Below, in pieces: positions 22,700 through 34,591 of a DNA stretch of 46,027 bases. The notes under the pieces were generated by a model. That model saw only the letters and a program-made list of their open reading frames with translations, was not told the origin of the DNA and made no database searches. This stretch comes from Octopus bimaculoides. Its lineage: Eukaryota. The DNA lies in the NCBI RefSeq assembly GCF_001194135.2, contig NC_069002.1, forward strand, positions 11,942,644-11,988,670, given 5' to 3'. A program made the translations under genes and the position numbers. The first letter of the stretch is position 1, and each line of letters opens with the position of its first letter.

Positions 22700-23127
22700 C
22701 GTGAAATCGCACCGATCGTACCGCCATTTCAAACGAAGGCAACCGAAATACATCCAAGAAAACAAGAGAAACGAGTTTTGTTATTCCTTTCGTTGTTGTT
22801 GTTGTTGTTGTTCTGGTTGTTGTTGCTTCTCTTCAATAACAACAACTACTACAATGAGAAAACAAACAAACAACAACAAAGTCATAAATAAATATATATA
22901 TATATATATACATTTGCGTTTCATGTTTAGAAATTGTACTGGTTTCACTCATCCTCTTGTTCACGTGAGTTGGTGCTGGTGTTGTTGGTGTTGTTGTTGT
23001 TGTTGTAGTTGCTAATATGGTTAATGTAATATTTGTGGCTGCCGTTGTTAGTATTGTTATTATTGTTGTTGTTGTTGTTATTGTTAACTTGTTTGATGTA
23101 ATGTTTCTTTCTCCTGCTGCTGCTGTT

Positions 23128-23158
<31 letters not shown>

Positions 23159-23406
23159 CAGCAGTTGATGTTGATCATTATATTGTTGATGAGATACTCA
23201 GTTGCTGCTGCTGCTGCTGTTGTTGTTGTTGTTGGTGGTTTTGCTGTTCGTGCTGCTAACATGGTTGATTAGTATTACTGTTGTTGTGGTTGCTGTTGTT
23301 GTTATTGTTCGCAATTGATGCTCTTTGTTTTTTTTTTACAATCGTTGTAACTGTTTTGCTTTGTTTTGTTCTGTTTTTGTTTTTATTTCGTGTTCTGGCT
23401 ATTCTT

Positions 23407-23439
<33 letters not shown>

Positions 23440-23537
23440 TTGATGAGGATAAGGATGATGATGACGATAATGATCATGATGATGATGATGATGATGATGA
23501 TGACGATGATGATGAGGACGATGGTGATGATGATGAC

Positions 23538-23570
<33 letters not shown>

Positions 23571-23773
23571 AATGATGATGATGATGAGGATGGTAGTGAT
23601 GGTAGTCGTCATAGTGGTGGTGCTGATGGAGGTGGCGGTGATGATGATGATGACGACGACGACGACGACGACGACGATGATGATGATGATGACTATGATG
23701 ATGAGGAGGAGGACGATCGTGATCGTGATGGCAGTGTTTATGATGGTGGTATGGTTATAATGGTGGTTATGAC

Positions 23774-23811
<38 letters not shown>

Positions 23812-23990
23812 CGATGGTGATGACGATGATGGTGATAGTAGTGGTTATGGTGGAGGGAATGATGATGATGACGATGATGATGATGATGTTAGGATGAGGA
23901 TGATGATGACGACGACGATGATGACGATGACGATGACGACGTCGACGACGATTTGAAGGAGGAGGAGTTGAGTGATCCTTACAATGATCT
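22450..23990. repeat. Large compound trinucleotide microsatellite region (AGC, AGT, GGT, TGT, TGC, GAT, GAC)
   Basis: Read directly; contains short unique spacers. Confidence 0.9.
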
Positions 23991-24275
23991 TCGTCACAAC
24001 GTCGTTGTAGGTGTCCATGTTGGTTGATAATGATCACCATGGCGACGGTGACGATTATTGTGGCGCCGCTCAACAAGATCAGAGGTGCAGACGTAGAGGA
24101 CCGTTTCACCCTTAAACACCGGACATCGTCAATTAATGTTTCAAAGATTCTACATGGATTCTCGGTCGTCATCAAAAGAAAACCAATATTTCATGGTGCA
24201 TTGCAATAATGAGATTGGAAATGTTATTGGGCAAGAGACTAACCATTATTATAGGTTTATGTATTTACGTATTTA

Positions 24276-24437
24276 GGCGCAGGCGTGGCTGTGTGATGAG
24301 AAGATCGCTTCCCAACCACTTCGTCCCGGGTTCAGTTTCATTGAGCGGTACCTTGGGGGGCAAATATCTTCTACTAGAATCTCAGGCCGACAAAAGCCTT
24401 GTGAGTGGATTTGGTAAACGGAAACTGAAAGAGGTGT

Positions 24438-24479
<42 letters not shown>

Positions 24480-24683
24480 GTGTGCGTGTGTGTGTGTGCG
24501 TGTGCGTGTGAGTGTGTGTGTGTGTGTATGTGTGTGTGTGTGTGTTTGTGTGTGTGCGTGCGAGTGTTTGGCCCACACCGCCAGTTGACAGCTGGTGATG
24601 GTGTGTTTACATCCCCGTAACTTAGCGGTTCGGCAAAAGACACCGACAGAACAAGTACCAGGCTTTAAAGAAATAAGTACTCG
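24276..24683 (+). mobile_element. SINE family A, near full length, with internal (TG)n tract
   Basis: Head ggcgcaggcgtggctgtgtgatgag, central (TG)n at about 24434-24565, then the 3' part gtgtttacatccccgtaacttagcggttcggcaaaagacaccgacagaacaagtacc. Confidence 0.9.
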
Positions 24684-25059
24684 CTTCATGTCTTTCGGTC
24701 AAAAATTTTTTTCGGGTGTGGTTTTGGTGGGGCTTTAATTCAGTACGAATGCCAAGGGCCAGAACCCGTTACAGGATCTCCGAGATCTGCAAGAGGAGAA
24801 GAAGGGTCGAGGGAAGGAGGGATGCACGGATGGGGAGACGGCTGATGGAGGGAGGTTGGAATGAATACGAAAGGGAGAGAGGGAGGGCTCTGGGAGAAAT
24901 GGAAGGAGGGAAGGTTGGGGTGGAATGGCAGGAGGTAGTACCCCCAAACCCGAAAGCTATTCTGAATACTTGCAACATGGTAGTCTCCGCTAAAGGCTCC
25001 CTCTTCCATGTCCCCGGGCGGTGGTGCTAAACAATTTCAGTGGTTAAGTCTACTACCTA

Positions 25060-25291
25060 TGTAGGCTGTGGTGGGATTTGATCTCAGAATGCAAGCATCG
25101 GGAACAAATACTACAAGGCATCCGATCCCGATATTCTTACAGTTCTGCCAATACATCATCTTTGGTTGATTCTTGGTTTTATCGACTCTGGAAGGGTAAA
25201 AGGTAAAGTTAACCTCGACGGGATTTGAACATAAAGTGCCCAGATTCGAAACACATAACACGAAGCATTCTGCACCGTGCACAAACAGCTG
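25060..25291 (-). mobile_element. Two adjacent diverged B-related SINE fragments
   Basis: Minus strand: tggcagaactgtaag...ttctgagatcaaatcccacc (about 25060-25150) and gttcaaatcccgtcgaggttaactttacctttacccttccagagtcgataaa (about 25178-25291). Confidence 0.6.
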
Positions 25292-26192
25292 TTACAAATT
25301 CGCTTATGATATATACACGCTTGCACGCGCACACAGACACGCGCGCGCATACACACACATACACACATACACACATGCATACATACACGCACAAATACTT
25401 GCCCGCACACACTGAAACATAAATACATATACATATATTCACATACATATATCATATATATGTGTGTGTGTATGTATATATACACACACTCTAATACACA
25501 CACATACACACACGCACTTGTACGCATATATACATGATATTTATGTACATACATATTTACATATATGTACACACATATACNNNNNNNNNNNNNNNNNNNN
25601 NNNNNNNNNNNNNNNNNNNNNNNNNNNNNNNNNNNNNNNNNNNNNNNNNNNNNNNNNNNNNNNNNNNNNNNNNNNNNNNNNNNNNNNNNNNNNNNNNNNN
25701 NNNNNNNNNNNNNNNNNNNNNNNNNNNNNNNNNNNNNNNNNNNNNNNNNNNNNNNNNNNNNNNNNNNNNNNNNNNNNNNNNNNNNNNNNNNNNNNNNNNN
25801 NNNNNNNNNNNNNNNNNNNNNNNNNNNNNNNNNNNNNNNNNNNNNNNNNNNNNNNNNNNNNNNNNNNNNNNNNNNNNNNNNNNNNNNNNNNNNNNNNNNN
25901 NNNNNNNNNNNNNNNNNNNNNNNNNNNNNNNNNNNNNNNNNNNNNNNNNNNNNNNNNNNNNNNNNNNNNNNNNNNNNNNNNNNNNNNNNNNNNNNNNNNN
26001 NNNNNNNNNNNNNNNNNNNNNNNNNNNNNNNNNNNNNNNNNNNNNNNNNNNNNNNNNNNNNNNNNNNNNNNNNNNNNNNNNNNNNNNNNNNNNNNNNNNN
26101 NNNNNNNNNNNNNNNNNNNNNNNNNNNNNNNNNNNNNNNNNNNNNNNNNNNNNNNNNNNNNNNNNNNNNNNNNNNNNNNNNNNNNNTCCACC

Positions 26193-26224
<32 letters not shown>

Positions 26225-26756
26225 CAACAACAACAGTACTACCCTCACTGCTACATCCAGCCTTACCACTACCACCACAAACCACCCCCCACCTGTATCG
26301 TATCCACCACCACCACCACCACCACCACCATTACCATTAACCACTTCCTATCAGTATCGGCTTCGCCATCAACAGAATATCCAGCGTTTCTATGACGTTT
26401 GTACATTCAGTTTTGAAGCGCTTAAGAAAGCAAGCTTGTAGGTTTGCGCGCAACCTTTCTAACGACGATGGTTCTTGTACACATCATTAAGACAGAGATC
26501 AAAAGATCAGAAGAAGGCGGGGCTTGACGACCGACCAACATTCTGTATACTTAACATTCTTGCAGTCTCAATGCTTTCAATTCCTTTGCTATCAGTTTGG
26601 TTGTATAATCTCTTGTTATCTCTTCTTATTTCTACTTATCTTGATTTAACTTCTGAGACATATCAAGCCAAAACCGATGTTTGTGCTTGTCAAGTATGTA
26701 ATAACGTTCGTGGATATAAGGGTGGATGGATGGATGGATCTACGTACGTTATGTAA

Positions 26757-26995
26757 ATGCGAGTGGTCAAATTAATAAGGCGTTACACTCACGGTCACAA
26801 AACCGTGCTTTCGATTCTCGATCTGGACTATGCGTTGAGTTCTTGAGCAAAATACTTCACACTTCACGTCGTTCTGCAATCACGTCGACATCTGACGTTT
26901 GGTAAACTTGTGTACCTGTACAGGCAATGCCAATTTGATGGAGGGATTCATCTTATGTACAACACAAACATCTGATAACTACAAACAGACATCAT
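26757..26995 (+). mobile_element. Old tRNA-derived SINE (family E)
   Basis: Degenerate B box ctttcgattctcg, followed by ttcttgagcaaaatactt as in the D head at 43326-43341; the body differs from D. Confidence 0.5.
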
Positions 26996-27024
26996 CTATA
27001 CAGGTTGTTCGAAATTAGTTTTTT

Positions 27025-27245
27025 CCGTCCTTGTTTTCGTATACATTCGCTGCTTTCTTCCGAGGAATCTAGTGCTCTTAGCTTAGTTTTTCCTTGGGAC
27101 TGGCCAGATTGGAGCAATCTCGAGTATAGCCGGCCGAAATTGCAAAGATAATCTGGAACTCGACTGAGGAAAGAAAACTCAGAATGACCCGTCCTTGTTT
27201 TTTTTGTATCGTCTGTCTGGATGTTTTGCGTTCTTGTTCCAATTT
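27025..27245 (+). repeat. ~165 bp unit bounded by direct repeats CCGTCCTTGTTTT
   Basis: Repeats at 27025-27037 and 27189-27201; contains a CTGAGGA hammerhead-like relic. Confidence 0.45.
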
Positions 27246-27290
<45 letters not shown>

Positions 27291-27363
27291 NNNNNNNNNN
27301 NNNNNNNNNNNNNNNNNNNNNNNNNNNNNNNNNNNNNNNNNNNNNNNNNNNNNNNNNNNNNNN

Positions 27364-27405
<42 letters not shown>

Positions 27406-27825
27406 TGTATATATGTGTGTGTGTGTACGCATGTATGTATGTATGTATGTATGTATGTGTGTATGCATGTGGAAAATCCTAGAGGGGTTCGTTCCAAACT
27501 TCAGCATTAGAGAGAATTTTATTGCACGAACTAGTTGATACTATCAGCTTCCATATATATCTCCTTCGAAATCACGAGCCAAAGCATTCTATTGTGCCAG
27601 TCTGATATTTAGAGGTCCTCAAATGCTCAACTGCTTACCTAAAGAAACCAGAAAGCTAAAAGGAACCTCTACTGAAGAAAAAAAAAACATTGGATAAACT
27701 TTTAATGATGATAGCGGACCAGGCAAGCATCCAAGGATACATTCAGAGAAAACCAGCTGCATCAAATTTAATCATAGACCAACTCCCAGCCATAAACCGA
27801 CAACAAAACTGAAAGGATATAAATT

Positions 27826-27880
27826 AAGGCGGTGCTTCAGCATGGCTACACTCTCACGACTGAAGTCATTAAAAGGCTAA
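27826..27880 (+). mobile_element. SINE A 3'-end relic
   Basis: aaggcggtgcttcagcatggctacactctcacgactgaag resembles aaggcagtgctccagcatggatgcagtcaaatgactgaaa at 8153-8191. Confidence 0.55.
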
Positions 27881-28516
27881 AATACCGTTACGTCGTTTTT
27901 CGTGTTAAGTCTCATTTCTTTTGAACCAATTACCAACGACGAAGTTTGAGATTTACCTGTATCCCAGGTGATACTAATATTTCGATATTTCGACAACTGT
28001 CCGCCTTAACCCACTTCTATTCCGTTCCACTTAGCCTCCTACCATAATAGATACAACCAGACATACACAACCACGTACTTCCCACCTATTTCCTACCACC
28101 ATCACCGCCATACCGACATCCCGCCGCCTTAGATTGATATTTCAGACCACAATAACATTTGAGATTCTATGAATCTTTCTCGGTGATTGCCATTGATTCT
28201 ATTACGAGTTGCCGCTGCCTTAATATATGTCTGTCAAATGCAGTAACAGTTAATGCTTTGTCTTGCTTATCAGCTGCCTTTTGGCGTGTGTTTGCATCAC
28301 CATTCTCGTTTGACATATCGCTAAAGAGTTTATGCTAAGATGCACATGAAAATTTGAATTATCCAATGAAGAATACAGCAACTGCAACGGGAATGGCAAC
28401 GGCAACTGCAATTGCAACCGACCAGACGACCGACCGACAAGCAAACCAGCCAACAAACCAACCGACCGACCGACCGTCTTGCCAATCCGACAACAGATTG
28501 CAAATAACGACAACAT

Positions 28517-28680
28517 GGCGGTGAGTCGGCAGAAACGCTTGCACGCCGGACAAAATGCTTGATAGCGTTTCTTCCGCCTTTACGTTCCGAGTTCAAATTT
28601 CGCCGAGGTCGATTGTGACTTTTCATCCTCTCGGAGAAGGATAAAGTAAGTACCAGTTGAACACTGGGGTCGATGTAGAT
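28517..28680 (+). mobile_element. SINE family B, 5' portion
   Basis: ggcggtgagtcggcagaaacg...gagttcaaatttcgccgaggtcga...ataaagtaagtaccagttgaacactggggtcgatgta. Confidence 0.88.
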
Positions 28681-29697
28681 TTATGTATAGTCGCCTTCNN
28701 NNNNNNNNNNNNNNNNNNNNNNNNNNNNNNNNNNNNNNNNNNNNNNNNNNNNNNNNNNNNNNNNNNNNNNNNNNNNNNNNNNNNNNNNNNNNNNNNNNNN
28801 NNNNNNNNNNNNNNNNNNNNNNNNNNNNNNNNNNNNNNNNNNNNNNNNNNNNNNNNNNNNNNNNNNNNNNNNNNNNNNNNNNNNNNNNNNNNNNNNNNNN
28901 NNNNNNNNNNNNNNNNNNNNNNNNNNNNNNNNNNNNNNNNNNNNNNNNNNNNNNNNNNNNNNNNNNNNNNNNNNNNNNNNNNNNNNNNNNNNNNNNNNNN
29001 NNNNNNNNNNNNNNNNNNNNNNNNNNNNNNNNNNNNNNNNNNNNNNNNNNNNNNNNNNNNNNNNNNNNNNNNNNNNNNNNNNNNNNNNNNNNNNNNNNNN
29101 NNNNNNNNNNNNNNNNNNNNNNNNNNNNNNNNNNNNNNNNNNNNNNNNNNNNNNNNNNNNNNNNNNNNNNNNNNNNNNNNNNNNNNNNNNNNNNNNNNNN
29201 NNNNNNNNNNNNNNNNNNNNNNNNNNNNNNNNNNNNNNNNNNNNNNNNNNNNNNNNNNNNNNNNNNNNNNNNNNNNNNNNNNNNNNNNNNNNNNNNNNNN
29301 NNNNNNNNNNNNNNNNNNNNNNNNNNNNCTCCACCACCACCATCACCACCGTCGCCTTCACCTCTCCGACAGCCACCCCCCGTCACAACCAGCATCCACC
29401 ACCTAACTCCGCTTGAAGAAAACCTTCTGTAGCAATTATTCTGGCCACCATGTCTCCGGTATGAAGTCAAGTTCCTTCCTACGTTTCTTCCTTTCTTCCT
29501 TTCTCCTCCCCGCCAGTCTGCGAGGCCCTGTAAAAGATCCAGGGCGGTACACTTCCTCGTCTAATTAAGCCATGTACGATAAGAAGCCAATGAATGTCAT
29601 TACGCTGAACATTGTAAAAGGACAATGCATTCTGGGTATTTATGGCTTCCTGTTGAGATAACGACTTGATAGCTATTACAGCTGGAATATACAACAC

Positions 29698-29719
29698 ACA
29701 GACAGACAGACAGATATAC

Positions 29720-29786
<67 letters not shown>

Positions 29787-29956
29787 GGGGTGGAGATAGA
29801 GAGAGAGAGAGAGGGAGGGAGAGAGAGAGAGAGAGAGAGATAGGGGAGGGGGAGAGAAAGAAAGAATTAGAAAGATAGATAGATAGATGGATAGATACAT
29901 AGATAGATAGAGAGAGAGAGGGGGGAGCCAGAGAGAGGGGGAGAGAAAGAAAGAAT

Positions 29957-30006
<50 letters not shown>

Positions 30007-30058
30007 CACACATTCACACACACACAAGTATATGTATGTGTATGTGTATGTGTATGTA
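29698..30058. repeat. (GATA)n/(GA)n/(TG)n compound microsatellite
   Basis: Read directly. Confidence 0.92.
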
Positions 30059-30226
30059 TGTTCAGATTTGATTTCGTTTAACGATTTATCCTTTCATTCA
30101 CCAAAATCGATAATATCGAGCACCAATGAACTACGAATACTAATCATTTACATCGACTCCATTTCCATCCTTCATATCAATAATTCAAAAACGGAAACAT
30201 GACTGTGGGAATAAGTTTATTTCCTC

Positions 30227-30330
30227 AGTTCGGTTCCCCTGCGTGGCACCTTGAGTAAGTTGTCTTCTACGATTGCCACAGGTCGACCAAAGGCTTGTGA
30301 GTGACTTTGGTAAATGAAAACTGAAAAACC
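30227..30330 (+). mobile_element. SINE family A fragment
   Basis: ctgcgtggcaccttgagtaagttgtcttctacgattgccacaggtcgaccaaaggcttgtgagtgactttggtaaatgaaaactgaaa. Confidence 0.82.
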
Positions 30331-30632
30331 CCCCTTCTTATGCGTAGGAAAACATGAAGAAGGTTGTTGCAAAAAATGGAACGAGAAAAAAGAAATGAAA
30401 TCAAGAACCACGATTCTCGTTCTCCTTGACTGCAGAAAGCTCATTAAATACAACTGGTTTAGAACAAAATAAAAGAAAATATGTCAAAGTCTGTGAGACA
30501 GCAACTCAATCCAGAGTGGGTGGTGCCCTCCAATTCGATAAAAGAAACCTATCCATGTGTCTACACCTGCTAAAAATTTCAGATCTTGAATTAAACAGTG
30601 TGTTGGAATTGCTGGATCGAACAAGAATATAT

Positions 30633-30749
30633 GGCAGACTCTGGTCGACCCGAGGTGATACATACCCAAGCTGCGGCTCAGTGGGACTGAACCCAAAATC
30701 ATGTGGTTGGGAAGCAAATTTCTTACTACACAGCCTACGCCTGTACCTA
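30633..30749 (-). mobile_element. SINE family A head fragment
   Basis: Minus strand: aggcgtaggctgtgtagtaagaaatttgcttcccaaccacatgattttgggttcagtcccactg...cctcgggtcgacc. Confidence 0.82.
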
Positions 30750-31031
30750 GCAGCATTCTCTTAATTGTGGGTTAATACCTCAATGTGTTTGGCTTCGTCT
30801 TCCTTTATTCTAGGCTCGAGAACGTATCTGTGGCTTAGGATTGGTTAAAATTATCAAAAATTTGCAGACTTTAAAAGCTATTAACTCTTTATTTATTGAT
30901 TTATGGCGAACATGAATTTCATGGCAATGATTAACATACAAAACTGCATCATTGTACCTAATATGAAATCAATTGGAACAGAAATTGAAAAGTGACAGCC
31001 AAACAGAAAAGATCTCAATTTCATGTGTGTA

Positions 31032-31117
<86 letters not shown>

Positions 31118-31189
31118 TGTGTGTGTGCGTGTGTGTGTGTGATGTGTGTACATATATACGTGGACACATTCATACACACACACACACAT

Positions 31190-31226
<37 letters not shown>

Positions 31227-31283
31227 AATATGTGTGTGTTTCTTTGTGTCTGTGTTTTTCCACCACTATTTCTTGAGAACAGG

Positions 31284-31460
31284 AGTTTGTTTATATCTCT
31301 GTTACTTAGCAGTTTGGCAAAAAATAAAAAACGAACCGATAAAATAAGTACCAATGTATAAATAATAATACGTACTGCGTTCCGATTCGTTCGGCGGCTT
31401 AAATCCCCTCAAGGTGATGCCCCGCTACGCTCACAGCCCAATGATTGATGACACATGGAA
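31284..31460 (+). mobile_element. Degenerate SINE A 3' half
   Basis: gttacttagcagtttggcaaaa...accgataaaataagtacca, preceded by (TG)n/(CA)n tracts. Confidence 0.6.
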
Positions 31461-31989
31461 ACGACAAATGACTAAAGATTTATCTATTTGCCTGCAGTCA
31501 ATATAAGCTCACATGTGAGAAACATCAACATCTCGTGCTGACATCAATTACGTTTTCTTTAGTCTTAATTGTTGTTGTCGATGCTGCTATATTATTTTTC
31601 GATCAGTCTATTTCAATTGTATTCAAGCTTTCCTTTATCTCATATATTTACATCTCTATTCACGGTCTCTACTCTCTTTGCATGCTCCTTAGGCTGAGCT
31701 TTGAACAATCTCAAATATATTGTTACTCTTTATGCCGAAAGTTTCAACTCTCATCTCTTTATCACAATGCTACTAACTTACGACAAAGCAACCTCCCCTC
31801 CTTCCTTGACCACCTCACCCAAATTGAGGTTAATGAGGTCGGCAGTCGTTCATTGTTTGTTTCTTTTGCGAACTATTTTCGGCCATATCTTCTTGATATT
31901 ATTCAATTAGTGACTGTTTTCTGTAGAGTAATTCATTCGTTCGGTATTTTGCTATAGTCGAGACATTGAGAAGCCCGAAAAAGAAGAAA

Positions 31990-32111
31990 ACCAAGATGAT
32001 GAGGAGGAGGAGGAGGGGGAGAAGAAGGAGGAAGAAGAAGGAAAGGAAGGCAAAGAAAATTGGAAGACAAAGAAAGTTAGAAGGAAAGAACGAGTAGTAG
32101 TAGTAGTAGTA

Positions 32112-32156
<45 letters not shown>

Positions 32157-32245
32157 ATGGTGGTGTTGGTAGTGGTGTGGTGTGGTGGTCTTGGTGGTGG
32201 TGTGGTGGTGATGGTGGTAGTGGTGGTGGTAGTCTTGGTTGTGGT

Positions 32246-32295
<50 letters not shown>

Positions 32296-32635
32296 NNNNN
32301 NNNNNNNNNNNNNNNNNNNNNNNNNNNNNNNNNNNNNNNNNNNNNNNNNNNNNNNNNNNNNNNNNNNNNNNNNNNNNNNNNNNNNNNNNNNNNNNNNNNN
32401 NNNNNNNNNNNNNNNNNNNNNNNNNNNNNNNNNNNNNNNNNNNNNNNNNNNNNNNNNNNNNNNNNNNNNNNNNNNNNNNNNNNNNNNNNNNNNNNNNNNN
32501 NNNNNNNNNNNNNGTGAAAAAGGAAAGACGGAGGTGGAAGACGAAGAGAAGGAGGAGGGGAGGAGGAGGAGGAGGAGGAGGAAGAAGAAGAAGAAGAAGA
32601 AGAAGAAGAAGAAGAAGAAGAAGAAGAAGAAGAAG

Positions 32636-32679
<44 letters not shown>

Positions 32680-32685
32680 GAAGAA
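31990..32685. repeat. Compound microsatellite (AGG),(AAG),(AGT),(GGT),gap,(AGG),(AAG),(AAC)
   Basis: Read directly. Confidence 0.92.
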
Positions 32686-32914
32686 GTCTCTATTAACTTA
32701 ACGGACTAACGAACTCCAACGTCAATTGAAAGACAATAGCCGTAAGTTCAAACTTACAACTCAGTACGGCAATTGTATTTGACCTGGAGACGGCAAGTTG
32801 TACACGGAATTCTCCTTATCTCGAGCCGTCAGGCTTGGCTGGCACAACGGTTTCCATTCATAAATTCTTGCTTCGATGTTGTTTTTGATTTTTGTTATTT
32901 GCAAAGGAAGCGGA

Positions 32915-32918
32915 GGGA

Positions 32919-32958
<40 letters not shown>

Positions 32959-33094
32959 AGGGAAGCAAGAAAGAATGAAAGAAAGAAAGAAAGAAATAAA
33001 GAAAGTTAGAAAGAAAGGAAGAAAGAAAATGAGTTTTGGAATCGTTAATAGAACGGTTTCACTAATAAAAACGATGATGATGATGATGATGATT

Positions 33095-33138
<44 letters not shown>

Positions 33139-33285
33139 GACGACGACGATGATGATGATGATGGTGATGATGATGATAACGATGATGACGATGATGATAA
33201 CGATGATGATGATGGTGATGATGACGATGATGATGATGATGATGATGATGATGACGATGATGATGATGATGATGATGATGATGAA
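32915..33285. repeat. (AAAG)n followed by (GAT)n/(CAT)n/(GAT)n
   Basis: Read directly. Confidence 0.92.
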
Positions 33286-33843
33286 GAGGATAATAAGTTA
33301 ACATTTCCGAACTATTAAATTTATTGTTTTCATACAAGATTTAGAAAAAAATATATATAATTTTTTTATTCTTAATCTCATGTTTTTTCTGCTTTCTTTT
33401 TCTTCATTTCTAGTACGTAAGAAGTTCCAGACAACTTGAGTGTAATATTGATTACATCACTACCTCTCCTCCACCCCAACCCATCCCACCACCCCCTCTT
33501 TTATTGAACATATTCAATTACCAAAAATATTTGGAAGCCAACGTTTCTATCATGTTTGATTTTTTCATCTTTTCGTGTCCGTAACTGGTATCTTTAACAA
33601 CTACTGAAGTCCATTTTTTATTCTTTTTTACTTCCTCTTGTTTTGTTTGTTTGTTTTTGTTTTTCTTTCATTGCTTAATCGAAAAAAATGGTAGCACCTA
33701 TGACCTCTTTCAGAGTTTCCGAGGCTGGTGGGAGGTGGGAATGAAAGAGGGAGGGAGGGAACGAGGAAGGGAGGGGAAATGGCGCAAAGTGCTCTCAAAT
33801 CGGAAACCGGACCCCCATTACTTGCAAAGCAGTAAATTACATT

Positions 33844-33985
33844 GGCGCAGGCATTTCTGTGTGATAAGAAGCTTGTTTCACAGCCACATGGTTCAGTCCC
33901 ACTGCGTGGCACCTTGGACGAGTGTGTTCTACTATAGCATCAGGCCTTGTGAGTGGATTTGGTAGACGAAAACAAAAAGAAGCCT
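33844..33985 (+). mobile_element. SINE family A 5' half with two short internal deletions
   Basis: ggcgcaggcatttctgtgtgataagaagcttg...cagtcccactgcgtggcaccttggacgagtgtgttctactatagc...ccttgtgagtggatttggtagacgaaa. Confidence 0.88.
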
Positions 33986-34591
33986 ATTATATATATGTGT
34001 ACGTGTGTGTGTGTGTATTTTCAATGTGTACGAATAACACGGAAAAAATTAATAAATTTTTACCAGGGTAGCAAAAATTCACATAAGTACCAAGGATGTA
34101 ACAGCCTGTTTATAAACGTAGAAATTCTAGAGTTTAGTGAAATGTTTTTAAATAGCATAGATAAATAAATGGATTCGAAGAAAACATTGGTATTATTCCA
34201 GAAGGAATAAAATGATGTAAAACAATGCGATCTTCTCATCAGGGGAAAAAAAAGAGAAACAAAACGCATCAATAAGTCATTTTAACCGAATGTAATTACT
34301 GCATATATGATGATGGGAACGCTGGTAAGTTATTAAAAAACCGTTAATAGATATAACGTCAAGGGTAATTTATATTAACCCTATTGACATTAATTCTAGC
34401 TCTGTTAATCATGACATGAAATCAAGTCATAACAGTAATAACAATATAAATTTTAGGTCGAATAACAACACTAAATCGAGAACGTAACTTTGCAGCGTAA
34501 GGGAGATAACCGTTATTTAAGACCCCTTTTTCGTTATAAAAGTACATCTAGGATTTTTAAAGATAATTACCCTAATAACAAGGTATGTCCT

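Noticed and set aside
24024-24209. 61 aa ORF IRGADVEDRFTLKHRTSS... as an exon
   Set aside because: No recognisable motif or convincing splice sites; begins in microsatellite decay.
28340-28510. Frame reading KFELSNEEYSNCNGNGNGNCNCN...
   Set aside because: It runs into (GCAAC/GGCAAC) and (CCGA/CCAA) simple repeats; the resemblance to known proteins is too weak.
31535-31957. 140 aa non-repetitive ORF
   Set aside because: Starts at a non-ATG codon, has the hydrophobic composition typical of T-rich noncoding DNA, and has no recognised domain.
34190-34245. Minus-strand CTGATGA near 34235; also CTGANGA at about 44945, 30222 (minus), 27692 and 3975 (minus)
   Set aside because: No helix II plus GAAA plus helix III/UH geometry follows.
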